Assembly: GCF_018977255.1 (NCBI RefSeq)
Contig: NW_024704743.1
Span: 77,564,001-77,628,000 of the forward strand
Reading direction: 5' to 3'
From: Callorhinchus milii
Taxonomy: Eukaryota
DNA length: 64,000 nucleotides
Shown: in pieces, positions 36,921-50,164 of the stretch
Position numbering within the stretch: the stretch's first letter is position 1
Layout: the number at the start of each line of letters is the position of its first letter
Translations under genes and position numbers: made by a program
Notes under the pieces: model-generated
Told to the model about the DNA's origin: nothing
Databases searched by the model: none
What the model saw: the letters and a program-made list of their open reading frames with translations, nothing else

Positions 36921-38889
36921 TAGCTCATTCTTCTTCCACTGGGTCTCAGCCTTGTTACTGACTTCTGCACTGACTCGGGAACCTGGGCTGCCTCTAAATG
37001 ATTGAATTGATCAAAATTGTAAGTGTAGGCTTGCCTGGATTTGCTAGCAATCAGAAAACATTGGTATATGTCATTTTTTGCAATGTCCCACAATCTGACG
37101 CAGTTACATATTGGGGTTGACATTGACAGAAAATAGCTTACACTGTAGGAAGATGAAAGATTGAGAAAAAAATTAAATATGTCTGGATCCATAGAAACGG
37201 TGTGTATGGGGTCACTTTCATCTACAATGTATATAATCCTTTAAAGTACTTTAAAGCAAATGCTGCAATGTGCTTTAAGATGTTTTTTATGTGATAAGGC
37301 TCTGTACCAAGTGCAAGGACTATTATTAAGTGTCACTGTTTGACTCTCATGATGACTGCAATCGCATGGTTATCCCTTGCTTCTGGACACTGTTTGTCTC
37401 TCTCTTTTACATTGCTAGGGCAGAATGGGGTTTGTGTCCCTGACCTTTCCCTATGGGTGCAATGTATCAAACTTGTAAAGTCCTGTATGTTGTGTAAAAA
37501 AAACACAATATTGCTTTGCGCGTGAAGCACGTAATAGACATGAGAAAGTGCTGTATCAAATGCAAGGACTATTATTAGGAGTATTTTTGTAAAACAAAAT
37601 GAACAGGTTTTAAATCGTTTCCACTGAGAACAATCATTAAGGGAGAGGTGTCGTTAATTGGTGGTATTGGCAGTGGAATCCGTAATATTGTCATCAACCA
37701 CCAACCGCCAGTTACAGATCTAAAAGGCTCACTGTCGCATATGTCATTCCAGCTGATCTGGTTTAGAGCTGATCTGATTTAAAGACAGCAACTCTAACAC
37801 AACTACAAGAGAGCACGATCTGCCTCTGTTTAACCCTTGAACTTCCAATAAGTTCTAAGAAAGATCAGCCTCCTTGGTTGCCCAGTTTTTACACTTTCAA
37901 CCTGCACGTTGCGACACTGAAACATCAATAAAGTTATTTAAATAGCAAAAGTAGCTATCCTATTGTATTATAGTGCAACCTACATCATAATGGCTGTCTG
38001 GATTTAATGACTCAGCCGCAATGTTCTAAGCAATATATAAAATGGAAAATTTTTGTGGGTTTTAGCCTGGTTCACTGTAAAACAAAGGTTGGTATTTCAG
38101 CAATTCATGGATTAGTACACCAACATTCTTCGTAGTCTTTGCCTGTAAGGCCACTTAAAATTTAAGATCAGGCAGAATTGTGCAATTGTGAAACATTTGG
38201 AAACCTGCCCTGCTTAACAAATCCTGAAAATCGTCTTCCGAGTTAAGACTGGATTTAAGAATTTTCCACGATTCTTAAAGCTCAAGACCTGGTGGTCTTA
38301 CGAGTAAAGACTAGGTGAAATATCGGGCCTCAAGATTATAAAGAACAGTCTGTGGCGAGGCAATGGCATGACCAGGTCAGACGTTTAGGCATAGTTACAT
38401 GTCTAACCAGGAAGAGCTGCTGTGGACACGTTATGTTATTATTGGCTGATCATTATCACCCGGGTGAAACAACACTTCCGCAGTGCGGTTAGGGTTAAAA
38501 ATAAAACTGCTCCTCAAACAATTGTGATCAGACCAAATGTTTCACTCCAAAATGCAAATCTCTGGGAATATATCACCATGGTAATGTTGGCACTCACAGT
38601 TGGCTCAGAGTGCTAAGAGAGTTCACCAGCAACAAACCAGAGCAGTTCAGGATGGCCATGCAATGAGCCTAGGGTTTTGTAACTACTGTATAAGCTGGAA
38701 AATGGAGGTCATTTCAAGCTTACACTTATTTATCGTACACCTGAGAAAAACACTCAATCCAAATCAATAAGGGATAAGACTTTAGGAATTTACACAACTG
38801 TCTAGCCCTCCACCTTCACGCCATCTTCAAATTGCACCAGAAGGCCTTCCCTTTTGACCATGCCTCAGTCACTTCCTATTTCTCCAGAC

Positions 38890-39312
38890 AATTCACATAG
38901 AAAGAGATACTGGCCAAGTTAAGGTTTTTCCATTGAAACATAGGAGATTGAGAAGGGAAATGATCCAGGTCTTTGAAATTCTGAAATGGCACAACTGGGT
39001 AGTTAGGAAAAAAAAACATTTTATTTAGTTATAGAATTGGTGATAAGGGGGCAAAGGCTCCTAATTTATTAGAGTACAAACACATCTGGAAACGGAAGAG
39101 TAAGTAAAATATGAGGAAATTATTTTATCAAAAGGTTGTTAGAATTTGGAATTCATTACCACAAATGGTAATGAATGGGATATGGTATACAAATGGTATA
39201 GGTTGGAATACTATTATTGATCAAATGGGAAATGGATAAGCATCTGAACAGTCACAGTGCCACAGACATGATAGGACAAATGGCACACTCCTGTGCAGAA
39301 AATTTCTTTATG
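38890..39312 (+). mobile_element. Degenerate CR1 3' end
   Basis: aggagattgagaagggaaatgatccaggtctttgaaattctg (RRLRREMIQVFEIL), tggaattcattacca (WNSLP), tail ttctttatgattc. Confidence 0.8.
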
Positions 39313-39420
39313 ATTCAATTTTTACATCTAGTTCCAAATTATTTATAACTATGGAATAACAAGCGTCTCTGGGGAAAATGTGCTTTGTGATGTGATAATG
39401 TGTAAAACGTATTGATGTGT

Positions 39421-39840
39421 GTCAGCCTGGCTCAGTGGTAGCACTCTTACCTCTGAGTCAGAAAATTGTGGGTTCAAGCCCCGCATTGGAATCACAATCT
39501 AAGCTGACACTCCATTGCAGTGCTGAGGGTGTCCTGCATTGACAGAAGTGCCGTCTTTGGATGAGATGTTAAACCGCAGTCCTGTCTGCTTGTTCTGGTG
39601 AATGTTAAAGACACCATGGCACTATTCAAAAAGAGAAGGGAGTTTCCCTTAGTGTCCTGACCAACAATTCCCCAAATAAATGCGATCATTCGCTTCATGG
39701 CTGTTTGCAGACATTATTGTGCACAAATGGCTGCTGCATTCACCTTCAAAATACACCATTGCACTTTATAAAAATGTTGTGAAATATTTTGAGATGTATT
39801 AAATGTTATAAGGGCTATATTAAATTCCAAGATTATTATT
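39421..39840 (+). mobile_element. Full-length Deu-domain SINE (best copy)
   Basis: gtcagcctggctcagtggtagcactctt.cctctgagtcagaa..ttgtgggttcaagccc tRNA head; Deu core gtgccgtctttggatgagatgttaaaccg; (att) tail. Confidence 0.92.
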
Positions 39841-39951
39841 GAATATGGCAGCTAATTTGTGTTAACGATGTGCTACCAAACATCAATGTACAGAAATCAA
39901 TGAATTTAAATTTGGATGAGTGAATGAGTTTTCAGCTCTCCAAAACTTTCA

Positions 39952-40557
39952 GCAACAACAACAACAAAATTACATTTATAGAGCGCCTTTCACGTCGGAA
40001 GGAGTCCCAATGTGTTGAACAGTCAGGTGTCGGGGCCCGAGCATGGGGGAGGGGTGTTGTAGGGGTGAGGGAAGGCAGAGAGGTGGGAGGGAGACCAAAG
40101 GCACGGTCTTGAGACCGGCCTTGAAGGAGGCAAGGGAGGAAGCGAGGTGAAGGGACTGTGGGATGGAGTTCCAGAGTGTGGGGGTAGAGAGGATGATGGT
40201 AGGGCGGGCCAGGCGGGAGAAATGGAGCAGGCTGGAGCCCGATAAACGGAGGGAGAGGGCAGGTTGGTAGGGAGTCAGCAGGTCAGAGAGGTAGGAGGGG
40301 GCAAGGCCATGGATGGCCTTGAAAATGAGGACGACGATCTTGAACTCAATCCTCTGGGGGATGGGGTGGAGTTGGGCGAGAGTGGGACTGATGGGGTCAC
40401 GGAGCCTGGTGCGCGAGAGTACATGAGCTGCAGAGTTTTGGATGATTTGCAGCTTGTGAAGGGAAGAGTTGGGAAGGCCGATGAGGAGGGAGTTCCCGTG
40501 AACGAGCCTTGATTTGCCGAATGCTTGGGTGAGGGTTTTGGCAGTCTGAGGCAATGC
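39952..40557 (-). mobile_element. L2 LINE 3' end (ORF2 C-terminus plus UTR), (CAA)n on +
   Basis: 'LLIGLPNSSLHKLQIIQNSAAHVLSRT..ISPTLAQLH..RIEFKI..IFKAIHGLAPSYLSDLL'. Confidence 0.95.
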
Positions 40558-40894
40558 CGGTCAAAACTCTCATTAAATCCCTCCTTCTTTAAATACCATC
40601 TAGAAACCTTTCTCTTCAATTGTGCCTTCGTTAATATGCCTCCTGCCTTTCTTATCTCCACCCAGTTCACGTTCCTACTCCATCTCTGTGAAAGATTTAT
40701 AATATTTTTAGAACCATATAACCATAGAAATTTACAACACAGAAGAAGACCACATTTTGCACCCAGTTCCAAATTATCTGTAGCCAAGGAATAGTTTTCT
40801 TGTTTCTCTCCCTCATATCCACAATCTTCTTTGTGAGCAAAGTGAGTGAACACAATAGAGAGATTACTGAGCGAGCGACGTATTTCGCCCTACA

Positions 40895-42342
40895 TTTCTG
40901 TGACACCCCAGCCATTACCCCCCTATTTCTAACCTGCGCTTCCTCTCAAAAGTTCTAGAACACGTTGTTGCCAACCAACTTTGCGCACACCTCTCCTCCC
41001 ATTCCCTCTTCGAACCCCTCCAGTTCGGTTTCCGCCCTGCCCACAGTACAGAGACTGCGCTTGTGAAAGTCACAAACCACATCCTCTCTAACTGTGAACC
41101 AGGGCTTCCTCTGCCTCCTTGTCCTCCTGGACCTCTCCGTCGCGTTCGACACAGTCGATCACGCCATCCTCCTCCACCGCATTTCCTCCGTCATCCACCT
41201 CAGTGGGACCGCACTCGCCTGGTTCAAGTCCTACCTCACAAACCGCCAGCAGTACATCTGCACAAATGGCTTCTCCTCCCGCTCTCACCCGGTTACCTGC
41301 GGGGTACCCCAAGGATCCATCCTTGGCCCCCTCCTTTCTGATCTACATGCTCCCTCTTGGGGATGTCATCCGTAGACATGGGGTACATTTCCACATACAT
41401 GCAGATGACACCCAACTCTATTTTTCCACCTCTCTTTGTGACCCCCAGTCCCCTGATGTTCTGTCAGCCTGCCTATCAGATCACAGGGGCTGGATGAGTG
41501 CAAACTTCCTTGAGCTGAATGTTGACAAGATGGAAGCCATACTCTTTGGCTCTCGTCAACGTCTAAAATCTCATGGCTCTCACCTTCTCCACCTACCCGA
41601 CCTCCCCCTAAAACTCTCCAAACCCGTATGCAACAGGTTCGACCCTCAATTATCCTTCCTTCCCCACATCCGGTCCCTCACCAGCACCGCCTTCTACCAC
41701 CTCCGATGCATCGCTCGTCTCCGCCAATACCTCTCCCCAAAAACCGCTGAAACCCTGGTTCATGCCTTTGCCACCTCTCGGCTGGACTACTCCAACCCCT
41801 CCTCGCCAGTCTCTCATCCACTACCATCCATAAAATCCAAATCATTCAAAACTCTGCCGCCAGCATTCTCACTCGCACGAAACTCCACTCCCCGATCACC
41901 CCAATCCTTGCCAGACTGCACTGGCTGCCTGTCCCAGAGAGGATCGACTTCAAGATCCTCACCTTTGTATCAAGTCTCTGCACTCCTCTGCACCTCCCTA
42001 CCTCTCTGACCTCCTCTCTCCTCAAAACAGTACCCGTTACCTTCGTTCCTCCAGGTCTGGCCTCCTCCTTGTCGCCCGAGTCCTCCGATCCACCCTCGGC
42101 TGCCCTGCCTTCAGCCACTATGCCCCGAGGCTCTGGAACTGCCTTCCTCACTCCCTTTGTCTCACTCACTCCCTTTCCATTTTCAGGTCTCTGCTGAAGA
42201 CCTTTCTTTTCGACCGCATCTTTGGTCACCTTCTTCCCCCTGCCCCTGGCTTGGCCCTGGGATCCATTACTGTGAAGCGCTCTGAGACGCCGTCCGGCAT
42301 GGAGGGCGCTATATAAATCCAAGTTGTTGTTGTTGTTGTTGA
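40895..42342 (+). mobile_element. 5'-truncated, frameshifted L2 LINE (RT domain plus 3' UTR, (TTG)n tail)
   Basis: RT motifs 'GFRPAHSTETAL', 'LLDLSVAFDTVDH', 'GVPQGSILGPLL', 'HADDTQLY' (YADD changed to HADD) and 'AETLVHAFATSRLDY', spread over several frames. Confidence 0.97.
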
Positions 42343-43514
42343 CTATATGTCTATTTACATGTTCTGTGTGTGTACAGTGAAAGGAGGTTTGTGTGCATGT
42401 GTTCCCATCTGATCAATATAACCTTGTTTGTCAGCACTCATCTTTCTCTGCTGTGATAGCTCTGTCTTGTTGAGTCAGGTACTGCTCCCACCTAATTAAA
42501 ATTAATGCACAACTGAGGAACGACTTCAAAATATATTTTGTGATCTGATTGCAGAGAGATTATCAGAACAGGCTTGTCAATGCTGGCCTGGTGATGGTTT
42601 TGTTAATCCTGAGTTCAGTCCATTCAGAAATGCCCTATTACTAAATCAACTGTTGGTGTAGGAGGCATTCATTCAAGAGGCTTCTCAATGTCTTCAAATA
42701 AACTGAACCACCCACACACCCACACCCATGGAACCGAAACTTCTTTAACCTGTTTTTGAGATGAGCTGGCAGGTTTTTACAGCTCTTCACAGTTATTGAA
42801 TCACATGCTACTAGGAAATATTTGCTTTAAACCTTACCTAGTTTCCAAGTTCCCATGTAACCTTTTCAATATAGAGACTGACTCATTTCTACCAGGAATT
42901 AATTACTGCTGACTCTGGTTAAAAAGGGCTGGTCTTCTTTGAAATTCTCAATGCCATTTGAAAATTATATTATATTATAGGTTGAAGTCTGTTGATTCAT
43001 TCGGATCCGTTTGCTTTGGTATTAAATATACAGTACAATCTACATTTATATAGCTCACTTCACGTCAGGTTGACTGCTCAAAGCTCTTAATGTATAGACA
43101 CCTGGATGTGTTTACATGAACATTTCCATGTACATGTGTGTAGATGTATACAGTTTATGTTTAAATGTATGTGATACCATATATACATATATATTTGTAC
43201 ATACCTGGGCAGGACAATGTGAGTGAACAAGATCTTCATTTTTCAGATTTGCTTCTACTGTCTATTTTGATGGCGGAAACAACCCATTTTTCTTTTAATT
43301 GCTGGAAAAACAGATGTGTCAATACAGTTTTGAGCCCATCATAGTCAAAAACAGAAATAATTGACAGAACCATGTTGTGGAAGCAGACCCGTCATTTCCT
43401 GCCCCCATATTACTGAAAAGTCACAAGCTGGGACACAGATACACATTCAAGGCAGCCATGCAAAGGGAGCACACATAATATAAATTAAGTATGTTTGAAC
43501 TCATGTGACATAGG

Positions 43515-44250
43515 AAAGGTTGTGGGTTCCAGCCCTATATCGGGACTTTGAACTCCCCTGCTGTGCTGGGGAAAGGTCTGCATTGTTGGTGGTGCTGTGT
43601 TTCAGATGAGATGTTAAACAGATGCCTAATCTGTCTGATAAGGCATTGATAATAATAAAAATAATAATCCTTATTTGATATAGCGCCTTATCACATCTTC
43701 GAGATGTCTCAAAGAATATACTGTAAAGTGAATTGGCTGTATATTTGATGGGCAAAACACGACAGCCAATTGTGCACAGCAGTGTCCCACAAACAGTCGT
43801 GGATTGAATGACCAAATTATTATTATTTTTTGTTTCAAATTTTTTAACGGATTATTACTCCCGAAAAGTGATCCGTCAATCGACTATCAACCAGGTTCCT
43901 ACTTGCTGCTTGGTAAACAGAGTTGTGCGGAGTAAGGAACCTTGCCCAACATTTTGCCCTGCCCAGGAATCGCATCCAGATCCTCTCGCTTGTGAGGCAA
44001 GTGCTCCAGCCACTGAGCTACAGAACTCCACATTAAAAATCCCATGACACTATTCGAAAGGAGAAATGAATTTATCCCAGTGTCCTTGCCAATAATCTCC
44101 CAATTGAAATTGGCCATTCACTTCAAGTCTGTTTGTTGGACATTGTTCTGCCCAAATTCTATGAAATTGACTGCTATATTCGCCTTCAAATATGTTTTAA
44201 GATGTTTCAATGATAGGATAATGGACCATATCAAATGCAAAGATTGTTAT
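43515..44250 (+). mobile_element. Deu-domain SINE split by an antisense Ala-SINE
   Basis: Head and core at 43515-43640; resumes at about 44032 (ttaaaaatcccatgacactattcgaaag). Confidence 0.82.
43648..44030 (-). mobile_element. Full-length tRNA-Ala-headed SINE
   Basis: Tail at about 43650; head ctctcgcttgtgaggcaagtgctc.agccactgagctacagaactccac. Confidence 0.93.
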
Positions 44251-45066
44251 GTTTTCCACCTCACATTTCTGCGATATGTGTCCATGTACATTGACAGGAG
44301 AAATTGGAAGCAGTGTAAGAAAAAACGGGTAAACAAAATTGAAAGAGCTAGCACAGACATGATAGTGCAGTGCACAACAAACATGTTTTGACTAGTTTTA
44401 TTTCTCTTCATTTGGGTGTAGTAGTGTAGGAGGGAAAAGTCAATGTAGAACATTCACAGCATGTGACTGAGTTTAGAAGACGGGAGTGTTGTGGTAAAAA
44501 GGAAACGGTCACCATGGGCCCAGGGGCACAACACAGGCCACGTCCTGACCTCATTGTATATCGACACACAGATGGCACACTTCCTATTCTCCAGATGAGA
44601 AAGGTTAATTAAAGATATAATACCTTTAGCACAGAGAGAAAGTTGACAAGAATGTGGATGAATCAAAAATAGTCATTATTACACGATCATTACCACTCAG
44701 AGGACAATAAAATATTCAGTTGATCTTTAGTTAGACACTCTGCCCCATATCAACAGCTAGGATGTACTTGTAAATTCTTGATTTACTGAAGGCAGCTGCT
44801 TATGATTGTACTCTTTGTAATTTCACCAGTCTCTTCCTCTGCAAGGTCTTGGGACATTCAGGTAACCAATCTGCTTCTGAATTGTCTCTGAGGAAAGTGC
44901 CCTAATTAGTATTTGAATTTACTGCCTTCAGTTTTATTGACTTGTCCCACTTCGTCGATAATTAACTAATGAGTAAAGTAATGAGCTATGTCAGTCAGTC
45001 AGGCTGTTCAATTAAATCTGGGAATCAATTATTGAAAATAGTTGCAGATAGTTCCTATGTCAGGAG

Positions 45067-45089
45067 GTGTGTGTGTGTGTGTGTGTGTG
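45067..45089. repeat. (GT)n microsatellite
   Basis: Directly visible. Confidence 0.95.
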
Positions 45090-45944
45090 CATATTTAATA
45101 TGGAAGCAATTATGCCCTAGTGTTCCATAAAGACAAATAGTGGGGAATGCACTAGGACTAGCACTAAGAGCTGTGATGGTAATCATTAGCACCGTGTTCA
45201 ATCCCATTTACTTTAAGACAGAAACCTGTTATTAATTTCCAATAAATACACTTTCAATATTAATGAGAAAAAGGGAGGGTCAGGATGTGACCTTATTTTT
45301 CAGATTTAGGCTTGAGTTCTATTTTTTCACTTCCAGAATGGTTGTATAGTGCTCTGAGACCCTACCCTGCGTGGAGGACACTATATAAGTGCAAGTTGTT
45401 GTTATTGTATAATTAATGACTAATGCTGAAATTGGGAAGTGACTACCCAATATCACTCTTTTGCAACTACACTGAGCTAGTCCATCCTGAGGTGATACTA
45501 CAATTGAGAAGTCACTTCTGCATTTGTCTTTCTTACTGTGGTCGTATTCCCACAAATTTTTGATTGATTGCCCACAGCCTTATTTTCTTTTATTTATAAC
45601 CTCATTCATTTTCAGTTTATTTATTTCTTCACTGACAAACACTCTTTTGCCCTTCACGCAAGGTTATTGGTGGTGCATTTAATAAAAGTTTTGGGCTTTC
45701 CCCTTCAGTTATCTTTTCTCCTCTCTCACGTGTGCTGATTAGCTCTGAGATAGAGTTCAATGACTCCTCGCTGGGCACTCTCCATACCTTGTCCAGGTGG
45801 CATTATTCAGATAGTAAATGTCTGCTTGCTAGGCCACAGTTAGGAGCAGCATTCCTGAGCTCAATTCTGTTCTCATGCAATGTCTACACTTTCCAGCTGG
45901 AGTACTGGTGGTAAGGACACAAGAGAGGTTTGGATAATGAAAAA

Positions 45945-46345
45945 TAACAATAACTTGTATATGCATATATAGTGTCCTTCATGTAGGATAACGTCTCACA
46001 GAGCTTCATAAAGACAGGGTCAGATGCTGAGCAATGGAGGAGAGAGGAATAAGGAGGAGGTGACTGTAGGTGTGGTCAAAGATGTAAGTTTAAGGTGGGA
46101 TTTTATACAAAAAANGAGATGGAGGGGTAGATGGAGGGAGTTCTAGAGGGTAGGGGTATGATTGCTGAAGGCTTGGCCCCTGACGGGATGCTCAGCAGAC
46201 CCATTATCCCAGCAGAAGGAGAGCAGAAGATCACATACATAGGGAGGTTCTAGGGCTTGAAGGGATTTATAAGTGAGGGTCTTGAAGTCGATCCCTTGAG
46301 TGTCAGGAAGCCAGTGGAGCCTGGCAAGGACTGCGATGATGGACA
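45945..46345 (-). mobile_element. Old L2 3' end
   Basis: 'VLARLHWLPDTQGIDFKTLTYKSLQALEPPY' plus tail; contains an N base near 46115. Confidence 0.85.
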
Positions 46346-46399
46346 AGAAGGGCTTTATGCCCAATTGATCTCAGCATTCCAGAAAATACCAATTCCCCT

Positions 46400-46620
46400 T
46401 CCCTTCCCAGTATCAAGCTGTTTTTTTAAATGAGTCCAGTGTTCTGTACTCAACCACCCTTCCTGTTAACCTGTTCCAATCAATTATTGCCCTCTGGATG
46501 AAGATACACTTTCTGGTGGCTGTTCTGAAATTGCAGCTCTGCTGTCTCGTTGCATCTGAAAGTATTGTTCTGAGCCCTAGTTGATTTTTCTCTTCTGTAG
46601 ACTAGGGGAATTTTAAGGCC
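46400..46620 (-). mobile_element. Degenerate CR1 3' fragment
   Basis: aaatgagtccagtg...caaccacccttcctgttaacctgttcca (WNRL..RVVE on -); a short similar piece lies at about 55745-55790. Confidence 0.6.
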
Positions 46621-48269
46621 CCTGCACACTGCAGAACATTAAGTAACTGTACAGATTGGGAATCAAGCCTGGGACTGTCCTCATCACTATGGAGTTCTGC
46701 ACTGTACGGGGAATTTACCCACTGAGTTATTTGGGTTTCACACCAACTTGGTTTTAGTTTGAAAATATTACTCCCATCACAAGCTAATCAGTGGAACAGC
46801 AGCACGTTCATTACAGACAAAACTCCAGCTAATGCTATTCTGGTATTATAGCTGAATGTCTTCTTCCACCCATTACATTCACATTAATTAGAAGTCATTG
46901 TTATCTGTTGCTTGTCTCCAAACGACTATATAAGATGAATGATAAACAGCACAGACCCCCCACCCCGCCCCCTGCAAGGCCTAATGTTCTCTCTGACTCA
47001 AACGCCCTTTAAAAAACAGATTACAAAACGCCACGCAACGTACAATGTGTCATCTCTGCTTCTTTATGTGGTTCCCACTTTATTGGTTGATGAGATCGTC
47101 TCAAAGACCTGAAACTCTAATGGCCATAAAACGAAGAAATAATTACTGTATTAAACATGCCTATATTTAACTTAATTATTAATTAATTTAAAGAGACAGG
47201 AGAGGTTATAAAACTACTAATTAAACTATTCTGTAAAACTGAAGTGGATGATTGAGAATGTCTGAGGATTTACCAAATGATAAATCCCCAAATGGGTTTG
47301 TTGCTATCATTATTCTATTAATACACAGTATGCCAGAGGTCCCGGGTAGTGTGCCACTCACAGTTAAGAGGATGTGACAAGCATGTAAAGTACAAAGAAT
47401 GAAGGACATAAAATTCTAAATGACAACAGCCTTGGAGATGATGTAAGTCTAGTCTGCTCATATGACAGATATCTACTCTAGGTTTTGTGTATTTCCAGAA
47501 GGCCTTAATAGTTTTGGATATTATTGTCGATTTAATATTGTCAGAGTGTGGCTTACCTTCATATTTTTTTAATTATCACAGCCAATGAAGCACAGCTGAA
47601 AATTGCATGATCTACATGCATTAATACAATTTCTTGTGCAAATAGGACTTTTGCAGCTACTTATCCTAGACTAGAGTAATCAAGATTAATCTCCATAGTT
47701 ATGACACGCACTGTTCTCCAAAGAACACACAGAACAATTGCTCAGGGCAAGCTTCATTAGTAAATCTGATAAAATTTGTAAAACTGATTATATTTCAAAA
47801 CTTAGCAGCAGCATTAAATGTAATTTGGGAGCTTTCATTAAGGCAATTTGACTTGTAGCAAAATATCAGCTTTATAATCTTGTGAAAGATGAATATCCTA
47901 AACAGAGATAGTTTGGCAGATCAATTACCACGTAGGCTCCGCACAAATATAATTTGCAATCTAGAAAACTTGAAATTTAAATTTGTACTCCAGGCACGGT
48001 GATCAATCCGATCTGAACAAAGGCTCTTCCCCCTATTCCAGGCAGAGATATAAAGAAACATAAGCACACAGTACTAAAAGGGGTGGACTCAAATTCCCAC
48101 CATCATATTTCTTGTGATTCACTGTTTTGCCCAAATTCTTGTAAAACCATTGTATGTTGAATTCCTATTGTCCAGGTTGACACTCCAGGCAGCACTGGGA
48201 GTGTGCTCCGGGACGCTACCCCGCATGAATGCACTATGTAAATGCGAGTTGTAGTTCTTGCTGCAATGT

Positions 48270-48570
48270 TGGTCGTGCTGTTCTTTCGATCAAATGTCAA
48301 ACCAAGGTGCCTGTCAAGTGTATTTTAAAGTTCCCATGGCATTATTCAAAAAGAGAAAGGAGTTTCTCCCAGTGTCCTGGCCAATAATATCCAATTAAAA
48401 AATTGGTCCTTTCAAGGCTGTGTGTGGGACAATGCTGTACACAAATTGATTGTTGTATTCGCCTATAAAATACACAGTTACAAGACTTTACAGTATATCC
48501 TATGAAGCGCTTTGAGATGTTCTCCTGATGTGAGAAGTGCTATATCAAATACTGTACAAGGATGAGTATT
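48270..48570 (+). mobile_element. Deu-domain SINE, 5'-truncated (a second tail follows at about 48580-48705)
   Basis: cccatggcattattcaaaaagagaaaggagtttctcccagtgtcctggccaataat... Confidence 0.83.
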
Positions 48571-49397
48571 ATATATCGGGCTGCGCATTCACCTACAAAT
48601 ACACAGCCACTCTACATCCTATTAAATCCTGTGAAGTACTTTGGGAGGTCCTCCTGAAATGAAAGGTGTTATACCAAATACAAGGATAGTAGTAATAGTA
48701 GTTATTTTGATTTGTGTATTTTTACCGATGAATGTAAATAAAAATAAATTGAAAGCTCGGCACAGATGAGAAAATGTCTGATCAAAGAGTCGTTTTGCCT
48801 GAAATTCCATCTCGTCTCGGTTAGTTAGAATCTGTTACAAACTAAATTTGAAGACAATGTAGTATTACAGGCTATGACTAGATGGTATTTTGAGACTCTT
48901 GGTGGTGTACAAGTGCAAAATATCCGAATTTTCTTTAATATTGGGCTTTATGTGATTCATTCCCATTTAAGTTCTAACTCAATTTCTGTATGTTAAAATA
49001 TGTACACTGACTCACTCGCTAAGAGTGAAGAAGATTTTTTAAGGACCTTGAAACATATTTGTTCAATGAATTCCACATTGAACAAAGAAAGTACACCAGG
49101 GAATGGTTGATGACAGTTCTGACTTGATATTATTGGGTTTTATAATGTACTGTTTACTCAACTAATCTTTTTGGGGTCAGTGCCAAATAATCTTTTAAGT
49201 TTTTATGAATAATGCTGTACTTCTGCACATGAAGGAGGAAGAGGTGGGAGAAATCTGAGAGCAAGGAGCTTACTTCAGGATAAGCAGAGGTATTACCACT
49301 GGCCCAATGTATTCAGCAACAGGGTCAGCTACGTGCAGTCGATGGAAGAGCAGAGTGTGAAGAGGTCGAGGATGGCCAGGGAGATACTAGCAAGTAC

Positions 49398-49975
49398 AGC
49401 AACAACAACAACAATTTGCATTTGTATAGCGCGCCTCATGTAGGGTAGTGCCCCAGAGTGCTTGACAGTGGCGAAGCACAACGCCGAGCCAGGGGGAGCG
49501 GGAAGGTGATCTTAGGCACAGTCAAAGAGGAAGGTTCTTCAGGTGTGGCCTGAGATGGGGAAGAAAGGGGCAAGATGGAGGGATAGAGGAAGAGTGTCCA
49601 AAGGTTCGGGGCATAGTGGCTGAAAGCATGGCGACCGATGGTGGAACAGAGGGGCATGTGGCATTTGAAGACGAGTGTGAGGATTGTGAAATTGATCCGT
49701 CTGGTGATAGCCAGTGGAGCCTGGATAGGGCTGTGATGTGATGGGGGGTATGGAATTTCATACGTATTAGTATGCAGGCAGCTGAGTTTTGGGCCACCTG
49801 GATTTTGTGGATGGTGGAGCCGGGGAGACTGGAGAGGAGGGAGGTGACGAATGCATGGACAAGTGTTTCAGCTGCTTCTGGGGTAAGTTACAGTCGGAGA
49901 TGGGCAATATGGAAGAGATGGAAGAAGCTGGTCCTGTGAAATACCAGTGATCAGAGGCGGTGTTGTTTGGCTGCA
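49398..49975 (-). mobile_element. L2 3' end
   Basis: (CAA)n; 'AQNSAACILIRMKFHTPHHITALSRLHWLS' and 'STIGRHAFSHYAPNLW'. Confidence 0.88.
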
Positions 49976-50164
49976 ATACTCATGAATTTTTTCTGATTAT
50001 TACTTATTGTTCCCTTTGGAGGGGCTGTGAGCATGGTGAGAGATAGGAATGTTATACGTGGTTTAGTGGTGAGAGAGAGAAGTGCTCTTTAAAAAGTGTT
50101 GATAAGGCATATCAACCCATCAATGCTGATGACACTGAAGTACAAAAGTGTTAAATAATCCAGG

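Noticed and set aside
41119..42009. 296-aa ORF as a host gene or active retrotransposon
   Set aside because: It is a frameshifted slice of L2 RT (HADD, 5'-truncated); its N-terminal part is off-frame.
47557..47595. Minus-strand 39-nt exon-like segment with good splice sites
   Set aside because: Stop codons in all three frames; no other support.
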